The notes beneath the pieces were generated by a model. It ran no database searches, was not told the origin of the DNA, and saw only the letters and a list, made by a program, of their open reading frames with translations. The translations under genes and the position numbers were made by a program. From assembly GCA_963824495.1 (NCBI GenBank), contig CAWGPQ010000008.1:96001-160000 (forward strand): DNA of 64,000 bases, given 5' to 3'. Within the stretch, counting starts at the first letter, position 1, and every line of letters starts with the position of its first letter. This DNA comes from an uncultured bacterium (GTDB lineage Bacteria; Babelota; Babeliae; Babelales; Babelaceae). This document shows, piece after piece, positions 27,524 through 37,031 of this stretch.

Positions 27524-29446
27524 TTATTCTTGGTAGCGCCCACCGAGACAACGTGCTAGGAACTTTTCTGCAGCCTCGTAAAATTTAAGCTTATTTTCAG
27601 GACGAGCAAAACCATGTCCTTCATCAGGAAATAACAGGTATTCATAAGGGATTTTGTGTTCTTTAAGAGCTTCAACAATCTGCTCAGATTCAGCTCGCTT
27701 TACCCGTGGATCATTAGCTCCTTGTGCTATAAGTACGGGTATTTTAATGTTGTGAGCACTAAATAATGGTGAGCGTGATTTTAGAAACGCTTGTTCACTA
27801 GTGGGATCGCCTACTTTGTTATAAAAATTTCTTCGTGCATGAATCCAATAAGGTGGCAGAGATGTAAGAAGTGTTAGCAAATTACTTGGTCCAACAATAT
27901 CGACAGCACAAGAGAATACATCTGGTGTAAATGCAGCACCAACGAGTGCTTCGTAACCACCATATGAGCCGCCATACAGCGCAATTCTTTTGGGATCAGC
28001 TATACCATTGCTTACAAAATAATTTACCGTATCTAGAATATCATCGTGCATTTTTGCACCCCATTCTTTAGTACTTGCATTAACAAAATCTTTGCCGTAT
28101 CCGGTAGACCCACGATAATTTATTTGTGCTGATATATAGCCTCTATTGGCAAACCATTGAGCTTCTGAGCTATAACCCCAGGTATCGCGTGCATAAGGGC
28201 CGCCATGAACATTTACAACCACAGGTAAATTACGGTGCTCAACACCGATAGGATAGGTAACATATCCCTCAAGCTTAAGGCCATCGCGAGATGTTATGGT
28301 AAATGGCTCCATGGGGGCAAGCTTGTAGTTTCTTAATGCAGGCTTACTGTCAAATAAAAATTCTACCTTGTGATTGTCTCTAAGATAGAGATAATAGGCT
28401 GCAGGTTCGATATCGAGCTTAACCCCTACGACCCAAAACTTATCAGCATCATCGCGATCAATAAGTGCAATATCACCACGTGTAGCATCTTTAATAGTTT
28501 CGATATCATGCTGAATGGTTGAATCTAGGACAACAATTTCTTGACGTGCTTTAGTGACCGTAACGGCCTGAATCCTTTTTGTTTTTGGCTGTTGTATAAC
28601 AGCCGTAATATCATAATGGTGATCATGATACATAACTGTTATATTTCCCATAACAACGTCAACAGCTACAAGCTTATTCGTATTAGTATCACGCGGATCA
28701 AGCATTGCAATAGTTTTGCCATCTTTACTAAAGCCTATAATCTCTACCAATTGAGCATCATCAGGATTAAACTGCGCAAGTAATCGCCACCCAGCTGTTG
28801 GTGTATCACGAACCCAAAGCTCACCACTACCATCATCCAAACTGAGAAGCTTGCCACGAATATTCCACTGATCATCGGGAATCCAGCTCGCAACATTTCC
28901 TGGGTTTTTTTCGAGTAGTGTAAGCTGTCCAGAAGATAGCGTAAGCTTATATATATCATGAAGTGCTGGATTATCTTTATTCAGTTCAATCAGTATATCG
29001 TGAGGCTTATCGCTATCAATATCTACAATACGTGCCTGTACATTATCAAAAGGCGTTAAGTCTTGTATCACCTGACCGTCGAGTGAAGCACTATAGATAC
29101 GCCAATTTTCGTCACCATTTTTATCTTGAAGATAGAGTACACTCGTATCATCGGGCGACCATGCAACACTTCGTATTCCTCGATGGGTATCATGCGTAAT
29201 AACATGATCGTCATCTTTGCCAAGCGTTTTTACCCATATATTAAGGACATTGTCAACGGGAGCGAGATAGGCGAGTTGAGCACCATTATGTGCTATACGA
29301 GGTGATGCTTTTACTGGATTGCCAAATAGTATATCGCGAGGAATAAGCCGGACGGGTGATGCCCTCAGCATTACTTCACGTTTATATAAAACAACGCCCA
29401 CGGTAATAGCAGCTAAAAGCACTAGTATATGCGATAGGGTTCTCAT
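27524..29446 (-). CDS. S9 family (prolyl oligopeptidase/acylaminoacyl) peptidase
   Basis: Propeller domain plus HGGP, GGSYGG, NDPRV, DEGHG triad motifs. Confidence 0.95.
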   Translation of the reverse strand: MRTLSHILVLLAAITVGVVLYKREVMLRASPVRLIPRDILFGNPVKASPRIAHNGAQLAYLAPVDNVLNIWVKTLGKDDDHVITHDTHRGIRSVAWSPDDTSVLYLQDKNGDENWRIYSASLDGQVIQDLTPFDNVQARIVDIDSDKPHDILIELNKDNPALHDIYKLTLSSGQLTLLEKNPGNVASWIPDDQWNIRGKLLSLDDGSGELWVRDTPTAGWRLLAQFNPDDAQLVEIIGFSKDGKTIAMLDPRDTNTNKLVAVDVVMGNITVMYHDHHYDITAVIQQPKTKRIQAVTVTKARQEIVVLDSTIQHDIETIKDATRGDIALIDRDDADKFWVVGVKLDIEPAAYYLYLRDNHKVEFLFDSKPALRNYKLAPMEPFTITSRDGLKLEGYVTYPIGVEHRNLPVVVNVHGGPYARDTWGYSSEAQWFANRGYISAQINYRGSTGYGKDFVNASTKEWGAKMHDDILDTVNYFVSNGIADPKRIALYGGSYGGYEALVGAAFTPDVFSCAVDIVGPSNLLTLLTSLPPYWIHARRNFYNKVGDPTSEQAFLKSRSPLFSAHNIKIPVLIAQGANDPRVKRAESEQIVEALKEHKIPYEYLLFPDEGHGFARPENKLKFYEAAEKFLARCLGGRYQE

Positions 29447-29524
29447 CTATAACCTCCTACTTATATTACTTTTGTGTAACTGATAACTATAGAATTTTAT
29501 CGAACCGAAGCAAGAAATTTGCCA

Positions 29525-29812
29525 AGCGCCAGTTTGAACTGGAGATAATTAGTTTGAGTGTTATGGTATTATTAACGTTATAATACCACCCTATAAGATT
29601 AAGCATAATAGGGGCTTTTCTCAAGAGCTGATTAAAGTATGAGAAATTGCTGATGGCGCTCTCATAATCAAGAGTATGGCTTTAAGATATTAAAGATAGT
29701 AGTCTCTTCTCCTAACTTCGTCATCTTCTCCATCAAGGCTAGGAAAATCATAAACTGCTTTTCTTACAGTAGGCTGCTTACTTCAGCCCACTGTAAGCTC
29801 CTTAAGAAGAGA
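29525..29812 (-). other. Structured intergenic region, candidate ncRNA or leader
   Basis: Two multibranch domains; 14-bp hairpin 29763-29797; TGaTATAAT at 29835-29827. Confidence 0.4.
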
Positions 29813-29973
29813 GGAATAGTTGCTAGATTATATCATTTTTAAGCACAATCCAGATCGGCTTATGCTCTAAAAAGAAACATTGCCCTATCGGGGATAAGAA
29901 TAGTGCAATCCTATTAGCACGTTAATGTCAACGTTGTGGCTTAAAATTAGTCTTATTGATACCTGCATTGTTA

Positions 29974-30687
29974 TTATCGCCACCCCTTATTTTCCAAAAT
30001 ATACTGTACGTAGGGACTTACAGCGTCGATGCGAGCACCGTGCTCTATAAGCATTTGAATTACATCATTATTGCCACTGCCGCACTCAAAAACTGCCCAA
30101 CTAAGAGCAGTATGGCCTGAACTATCAGCTTGGTTAGGATCAGCTTTATAATCTAGAAGCAACTTTACCATATCAGGGTAAGGAGAGTAACCATCGGCTG
30201 CATGCATCAGGGCAGTCCAACCATTATGATTAGCACCATTAACATCAACACCACGCTCTAGAAGCAGCTTGGCAATATCTTTATGTCTGCATACAACTGC
30301 CCATATGAGAGGCGTATAGCCATCACCCTCTTTACGATGAACATTAAGGTCAGCACCCTGAGCAATAGCTTGTTCAACAGCGTTTAAGTCATGGTTTACT
30401 ATTGCATTAAACAATAACTTATTAGAAGACATTGGTTGGGAATGCTTGGCAGATGTTGGAACTCTACCTATAGTACTTTTAATCAATTGCTTAGATACAG
30501 CCTTCTTTTCAGCGCGAGATTTAAGCTTTTTCGATCGATGTTGAACGGCAGATTTAGTATGAGCAGACTTTACCACTCGATCTAACGCTTTATATGCGTT
30601 TAGTCTGTTTCGTCCAAAGGATAAGGGTGTAAACCCGATAGTGCATACTATACTTATAAGTATAGCTTGATAAGTCCGTTTTATCAT
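29974..30687 (-). CDS. Secreted ankyrin-repeat protein with Lys-rich N-terminal region
   Basis: Signal peptide, basic segment, GYTPLIWA/GWTALMHA/GHTALSWA repeats. Confidence 0.9.
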   Translation of the reverse strand: MIKRTYQAILISIVCTIGFTPLSFGRNRLNAYKALDRVVKSAHTKSAVQHRSKKLKSRAEKKAVSKQLIKSTIGRVPTSAKHSQPMSSNKLLFNAIVNHDLNAVEQAIAQGADLNVHRKEGDGYTPLIWAVVCRHKDIAKLLLERGVDVNGANHNGWTALMHAADGYSPYPDMVKLLLDYKADPNQADSSGHTALSWAVFECGSGNNDVIQMLIEHGARIDAVSPYVQYILENKGWR

Positions 30688-30949
30688 AATCTTCCTTCTT
30701 GAGGGGTTAGTATATATTTATCTATCTCGATAAGTGACTTAGCTATAAGGCACCGTTAACTAAGATTTTACCATAAAAAATGCATATTGGAAATACAGAT
30801 AAGAGAATAAGCGGTTGGTTTTGCTAGATGAGTTATCAAAGCCTTGTAGCCCAGCCGTGCTTATCGAGAGGCGCGGCCTTAGGGCTCATCGACGCGAATA
30901 CCGTCAGTAGTTTTGGGATGCTACATTAAGAAAATATCAAGCAGAGATT

Positions 30950-31750
30950 TTAAGAGCGGCGTGCTCGCACGATAAATACTTCATGATAATCTGCTGCTTT
31001 TTCAAACGTATAATCACCATAGATACCTGTTACGATAAACCCAGCTTTTTCGAGCATCATAACAAACTCATATTTTGAGTACCAGCGAAGTATATGCGCC
31101 GTGAGCTCATGAGCTACAAGTTTACCATTCATATAAAGATCATAGCGATATATTCCATGTCGCAGCTGCTCAAATGGCTGATAGGTTAACGACTCAGAGC
31201 ACAGAGCAAGAGCTTTATCTGTAGGGCGCACTTTCTTTCTGGATATGCGCCATACGCCAACCTCTGCTGTGCCTGTATCGGGCCATGGTATAAACAGAGA
31301 AACAAGCAACTGGCCATGAGGTAACATGTGCTCATAAAAACGCCGAAGTGCCAGCAAAGCCTCTGCTCTATCAGCTATAAGCATAAACGAACAAGCAGGT
31401 ATATACAACGTCATATAGCGTTGAGCACCATCAAATTTTTGCATAAAGTCTTGGTATAAGATAGGCGAGATACCTATAGCTTGAGCTTTCTTACGGCATA
31501 TCTCGAGCATAGCACGTGAGCAATCAAGGCCTTCTACCGGTAACCCTTCCTGTAAATACGGAATAAGCAAGCGCCCGGTACCACAACCAAGCTCAAGCGC
31601 AGAACCAGGCGACTCGTGCATAAAGTGTCGATAAAAAGCAAGCTCTTGAGTATGAGGTTCACCTAACCAAAGATCGTACAGCTCTGCTTCAAGCCCCGTA
31701 TAGCTTTTAGCACATAAATCACGCGAATTATCAGAATTATCGAACACCAC
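30950..31750 (-). CDS. Class I SAM-dependent methyltransferase
   Basis: ALELGCGTGRL motif I, GLDCS; GTG 31750 follows GGGGAG. Confidence 0.9.
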   Translation of the reverse strand: MVFDNSDNSRDLCAKSYTGLEAELYDLWLGEPHTQELAFYRHFMHESPGSALELGCGTGRLLIPYLQEGLPVEGLDCSRAMLEICRKKAQAIGISPILYQDFMQKFDGAQRYMTLYIPACSFMLIADRAEALLALRRFYEHMLPHGQLLVSLFIPWPDTGTAEVGVWRISRKKVRPTDKALALCSESLTYQPFEQLRHGIYRYDLYMNGKLVAHELTAHILRWYSKYEFVMMLEKAGFIVTGIYGDYTFEKAADYHEVFIVRARRS

Positions 31751-31754
31751 GTTA

Positions 31755-32668
31755 TTACTCCCCGTGTCGCCCACCTATATGCTGAGCCAAGAATTTTTCA
31801 GCATGGTCATACCATGCAAGTTTATTCTCGGGCTTATCCAAACCGTGACCTTCATAAGGTTAACCTTAACTAACTCATTGGTGTTTGAAAAACGAGGGTC
31901 AGGCAGATAAAGATAGAGGTCTTTACCATCGCTACTCAATCGTATATAGGCTGTGTCTCCATCTTTACCTAAATCAAAATCAAGCAACTTTTTCCAGCTA
32001 ACGGTTCCACTATCTTTTACCCATATTTCGGTACTATTATCCGTGTCTATAATTTTACCACGAATTGTTCCCCGAGCGTCTACAAACCACATAGCTATAT
32101 TTTCATCGTGAGAACCTTTTTCGATAAGCTTTAGCTCACCTGAAACTATGTTAAGGCTATATATATCATCTATATCCGGCTCGTCACTCGTATTGCGTGA
32201 GATCAGAATAGTATAAGGTAATGGATTGTAGGCACCAATAATATGTGCATTAGTGTACTTAAAAGGAGTCAAGTTTTTCTCTTCACCTGTTGCAGTATTC
32301 ACCATATATATGCAATGGCCGTTAATAGCATCATCATAGCGTGAATATACGAGCGTAACGCCGTCCGTTAGCCAAAAATATCTATAATCAACGCTTTCTT
32401 TAGATGAACTGGTAATAGGCCGATCGTCATCAGTATCAAGTGTCTTTAACCACAAGTTATATACACCATTAACAGGCGCCCTATAAGCAAGTTTTGTGCC
32501 GTCAGGCGATAGGCTCAGGGCGTCCCTTTCTTCGGTCAAGTTACCAAATAATACCTCAAGAGGAATATATGGTACAGAAATGCCATCTGGAACTGTAAAG
32601 TTATTGCATATAAAGATACCGCCCACCATACTAGTAAAGAAAAAAATTGATCTAAAGATGCTTTTCAT
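31755..32668 (-). pseudogene. S9 peptidase paralogue with ~1-kb internal deletion and frameshift
   Basis: N-terminal propeller matches the paralogues; after ~31855 another frame reads EGHGLDKPENKLAWYDHAEKFLAQHIGGRHGE*, the S9 C-terminus. Confidence 0.85.
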
Positions 32669-32947
32669 GGTTCGTGCTCAGGTTGTTTAATGAGATATCT
32701 AATGTGCTGATTACTTATAATTAAACAAATTATTTTTATGTTTGACCAGTAAACAGCATCATTTACTTGTCAAAAACCGTAATATTGTCCGCTCAAAAAT
32801 AAAGGAAATAGTTGCATTCTATAAACATATATATGAGGGAACAGGAAATAAACAGCGCATACTTTTCGTCATGAAGGCAACCTACAGTTGCCAGATCCTG
32901 ATACTTTAGAAAAAAGCTGAAGCGCCTTAATTTTATCTAAGATGATG

Positions 32948-32992
32948 TTAAAAAAGGGCTTGTCTCCCCATACAAGACAAGCCCTTTTTTAA
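32948..32992. terminator. Bidirectional-type intrinsic terminator after S9 peptidase
   Basis: Perfect inverted repeat TTAAAAAAGGGCTTGTCT/AGACAAGCCCTTTTTTAA. Confidence 0.85.
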
Positions 32993-33072
32993 TAATTATA
33001 AGCAAGCAAACTTAAGCAGCCGAGGGGTGCTAAAGCTTATCCGAGCTCAATATTTGGTTACGCTGGTCCACA

Positions 33073-34989
33073 TCAAGTATGTACAGTCAATGTGCTTCCT
33101 AAATTATTCGCTAAGAATCTTTCAACACATTCGTAAAATTTAAGCCTATTTTCAGGTTTAGCAAAACCATGTCCCTCATCGGGAAAGAGCAAATACTCAT
33201 GGTCTATAGATTTTTCTTTGAGTGCTGCAACAATTTGTTCAGCTTCAGTCTGTTTTACTCGTGGATCTTGAGCACCTTGAACGATTAAGAGAGGAATTTT
33301 AATTTTATCTACACTAAAAAGAGGCGAGCAGGTTTTAAGAAAGTCTTCTTCAGTTTCGGGGTTACCAATACGCTGGTAGATCATTGTCAGCTCATGAAAC
33401 CAATAGGGTGGTATAGATTGAATAAGCGTGAGCAAATTACTTGGTCCTACGATATCGATAGCGCAGCAGAAGACGTCAGGAGTAAAAGCAGCACCACAGA
33501 GTGCAGCATAGCCACCATATGAACCGCCATAGATAGCAATTCTTTTTGAATCTGCGATACCTCCATCTATAAAATATTTCACCGTATCGATAAGATCATG
33601 ATGCATCTTATTGCCCCATTCTTTATTTGCTGCATTAAGAAATGCTTTGCCGTATCCGGTAGAACCCCTAAAGTTTACTTGAACACACATATACCCACGG
33701 TTGGCAAACCATTGTGCTTCTGGATCACAACCCCAGGTATCACGTGACCAGGGACCGCCATGAACGTTTAATACCATGGGTAAATCATGCCGTTCAGCAT
33801 CAACAGGATACGTAACATATCCCTCAAGCTTGAGCCCGTCTCGTGCCACAAGCGAGAATGGTTCCATTGCTGCAAGAGTATATTCTTTGAGTGCCGGCCT
33901 GCTGTCAAATAAAAATACTACACTCTTGTGCTTGCGATCAAAAGCATAGCACGTCACAGGACCATTATCTTTAAAGAATGCCACTATCCATAACATATCT
34001 TCATCATCACGGCTTATAATAACACATTCACCACCATCTACCTGTGCAAGAAACTCAAGATCTTGTTTGACCTGTTGATCAAAAATGACAAACTCGTTAT
34101 GTGCTTTAGCTATGACGACAGCTTCAAGCTCACGAGTTTTAGGGTTAATCATCACCGAACCAATATCGTAACCTTCATCATGATACAACATGGTAAAATG
34201 TTCTGTTGCGCAATCTATTTTTGCCAGACAGCTGGTATTAGTAGCACTCGAGTCAAGAATATAGAGTTCTTTATCATCGCGGGTAAATCCGAGTACCCCA
34301 CTTGAACGACCGTCTTCAAAGCCCCACTCCAGCAACTTTTTAAATTCAGCATCTGGTGATTGTCGAATCAATACCTCAATGCCACCATCTTCACGTGCAG
34401 TAACTATACCCTTTACGTGCATGTGGGTATCAATAAGCCATTCAGTTACAGTGCCAGGATTTTTTTCAACAAGTGTAAGTTCGCCCTTACTCATATCAAG
34501 ATGATAAAGATCGTGAAGTCGCGGATCATCTTTATTGAGCTCCAAAAGTGCATCAGTTCCACTTTTACTTAACGCAATCAAATGTGCTTGTACTCCCTCG
34601 AAAGGCGTCAAATTGATCACGGCTTGTGTTGCTATATCAATTCTATAAATGCACCAGTTTTCATCACCATCTTTATCTTGAATATACAGCAGGGCATTGC
34701 TATCAGGTGACCACATATACCATCGTATTCCTCGATAAGTATCATGAGTAACAACATGATCGTCATCTTGACCAATGGTTCTTATCCAAATATTAAGTAC
34801 ATTCTCGTGGGGTGCCAAATAGGCAATCTTCTTGCCATTGGGTGAAACACGAGGAAGCGCTTTTGTTGGATTGCCAAATAAAACTTCTCGTGGAATATAC
34901 GTAACTGTATATAGATGAACAGTTGATAAACTGCTAGCTCCAACGAAAGCCAGTACTAATAATCTTTTAAAAAATATAGTATTGATCAC
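33073..34989 (-). CDS. S9 family peptidase
   Basis: Signal peptide; HGGP, GGSYGG, QDPRV, DEGHG. Confidence 0.95.
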   Translation of the reverse strand: MINTIFFKRLLVLAFVGASSLSTVHLYTVTYIPREVLFGNPTKALPRVSPNGKKIAYLAPHENVLNIWIRTIGQDDDHVVTHDTYRGIRWYMWSPDSNALLYIQDKDGDENWCIYRIDIATQAVINLTPFEGVQAHLIALSKSGTDALLELNKDDPRLHDLYHLDMSKGELTLVEKNPGTVTEWLIDTHMHVKGIVTAREDGGIEVLIRQSPDAEFKKLLEWGFEDGRSSGVLGFTRDDKELYILDSSATNTSCLAKIDCATEHFTMLYHDEGYDIGSVMINPKTRELEAVVIAKAHNEFVIFDQQVKQDLEFLAQVDGGECVIISRDDEDMLWIVAFFKDNGPVTCYAFDRKHKSVVFLFDSRPALKEYTLAAMEPFSLVARDGLKLEGYVTYPVDAERHDLPMVLNVHGGPWSRDTWGCDPEAQWFANRGYMCVQVNFRGSTGYGKAFLNAANKEWGNKMHHDLIDTVKYFIDGGIADSKRIAIYGGSYGGYAALCGAAFTPDVFCCAIDIVGPSNLLTLIQSIPPYWFHELTMIYQRIGNPETEEDFLKTCSPLFSVDKIKIPLLIVQGAQDPRVKQTEAEQIVAALKEKSIDHEYLLFPDEGHGFAKPENRLKFYECVERFLANNLGSTLTVHT

Positions 34990-35223
34990 GATTTCCCCCT
35001 ATCAGTTACTGTTAGATGCATAATCATCAAGCACAAGTCATCATTGCAAACCATGTCTTGTGAAGTTCTATTAAAGTTCTATCATAGAGCACATTGCACA
35101 GCAAGAGAAGACCTCAATCATACTAACAGTATGTACAAGAGATAAGAAAAGCCGCGGGGGTCATCCAAGCAAAGATTTGGTTATTAGCTTAATCCCGCAA
35201 GATAGATTTTATAAAAAAATAAA

Positions 35224-35884
35224 TTGTTGCAATATGAAATTATTATAAGTATATGTAGGACATTAGGCACAGCAGTGCTATCTAGTTCTGCTGATGGCGT
35301 TAAAAAAGCATACCGTAGCTTCGCTGTTAAGTGCCATCCAGACAAATTTAAAACCCGTGAGGAAAAGCAAGAAGCACAAGATGTATTTATTAACGTTACT
35401 GATGCCTATGAAACAGCTACAGGCGCAGCGCCAACAGCCGCTGAATATATACCAACCCCAGGGTATGGTCCCGCATCGTCTGGATCTGAAAGACATGAAA
35501 GAGCAACGCCGGCAGACGAGCTATTATTTAATGCTGCAACAGAAGGTAATATAAAAGCAGCTAGAGAAGCGGTTGATGAAGGTGCTGATGTTAACTATGC
35601 TGATGGTAATGGATTTACCCTCCTCTCAGAAGCAGTTAAACATGCCCGCACAGAAATGGTTAGAATGCTTATAAAGTATGGTGCTGATGTTAGGCATGAA
35701 GATAAGTGGGGCAATACTCCCATGACGTTCGCAATGTATATTGGGAACATGGACATACTTAGACTTCTTACAGAGCATATGCCTTAATTATACAGGTAAT
35801 AATGTCATAATTGCTCTCAAATTAGTAACTGGTCATGGTCATACAGATGTAGCCAAACTGCTTAGACAACATGCTTGCTCATAA
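35224..35884 (+). pseudogene. Degraded J-domain plus ankyrin-repeat gene
   Basis: VKKAYR...CHPDK...AYE J-domain lacking helix I, then ankyrin repeats; a further repeat (ALKLVTGHGHTDVAKLL) continues in the +1 frame to TAA 35884. Confidence 0.65.
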
Positions 35885-35913
35885 GAGAAACACACGAGCA
35901 GTCAGCCCTAATT

Positions 35914-36924
35914 TTAGGTCCTACGAGCGTTAAGCCTGAGCAGCTCTTGATACAACAGTCGTGCTGCACTATCAAGATAGATTGCAACAAGCTCGTCTTC
36001 TTTTGCACGAGGCCCTATTACGTCTATAGTAAAATCTTCGGGCATAACTGAAAGTATAACGCTTTCTTGATAACCTACTTGTGGTTGGCTCGATATAAAC
36101 AAGCATTTTCCTGCCTTTGGGCAGAGTTTCAGCCAATCATATAACGTATCGGCGGTAGTAGGCCTGCGCATACTACCATCACTTCTAATCTGGAGTGGTG
36201 TATCTATAAAAAATACGGGAACTTGTGCCAGACCGGGTGGCAGGTCCAGGGAGTCCCATAGTAAGCGTATCATATCACTTTCTGTTTTCAGTACTTGCCT
36301 ATTGAGCTGCCAAGCAGGGCAGACTGGCAGTTTATTATCATGACCAAGTATACTATCCGGACTTTCTCGTTCAGGATCAAGTGGACGTGCGCCACCTAAA
36401 AAAACAAGCACATTCCAACGTACACCGTTATTCCATTGCTCAAGCAGATAAGCACAGCGCTTTCGCATTGTTGATGCAGTTGCTCCTAAAACAACACTAT
36501 AATCATACTGCTTATAGTGAGCATCAACCTGCTCTACATATCCCAGATTCTTGAGCAGAAATCGCAGTTTTTGAGATGTCTCTTCAGAATGCTCAAGTAC
36601 CCGTTCCTCAAGTTGCCAACGCTCTTTATCCGGTGGGCGCAACCACTGGTGAGGCCCTTTCTGCGTAACCGCTACGATATTCTCAAGAGTACCATCATGA
36701 GGAATTTTTAAGAGAGCAAGAAGATCAAGTAGATCACGCGATGGCTTTCCATCACGATCCATCCAGCGACCAACAGTAGTAGGGTGATAATAAGGGTTCT
36801 TATTCATGATATTTAGATTATCAGTTTGAAGATTATCTGCCAAGGTCGAACAGTTTATGTTGGCTGCTATAAACAAGCCCGAGAGTAAACAGATAACCCA
36901 AATATGCCCATATAGTCGCATCAT
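35914..36924 (-). CDS. Exported hypothetical protein (YdcF/DUF218-like fold, tentative)
   Basis: RBS AAGGA, signal peptide, YDYSVVLGAT, RPTTADT, LFISSQP. Confidence 0.7.
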   Translation of the reverse strand: MMRLYGHIWVICLLSGLFIAANINCSTLADNLQTDNLNIMNKNPYYHPTTVGRWMDRDGKPSRDLLDLLALLKIPHDGTLENIVAVTQKGPHQWLRPPDKERWQLEERVLEHSEETSQKLRFLLKNLGYVEQVDAHYKQYDYSVVLGATASTMRKRCAYLLEQWNNGVRWNVLVFLGGARPLDPERESPDSILGHDNKLPVCPAWQLNRQVLKTESDMIRLLWDSLDLPPGLAQVPVFFIDTPLQIRSDGSMRRPTTADTLYDWLKLCPKAGKCLFISSQPQVGYQESVILSVMPEDFTIDVIGPRAKEDELVAIYLDSAARLLYQELLRLNARRT

Positions 36925-37031
36925 AGTGTGTCCTTTAATCAAACATCTGTTCTTTGCCTTAAACTTCTGATTAGCATAAGTTTAACACTATAGTGTTAAA
37001 CTAACGATATGTATTTTAGAGGGGGATTTTC

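Noticed and set aside
30867..30925. Lysine riboswitch (AGAGGCGCG...GCTAC)
   Set aside because: Far too short, lacks the internal motifs, and no co-oriented downstream gene.
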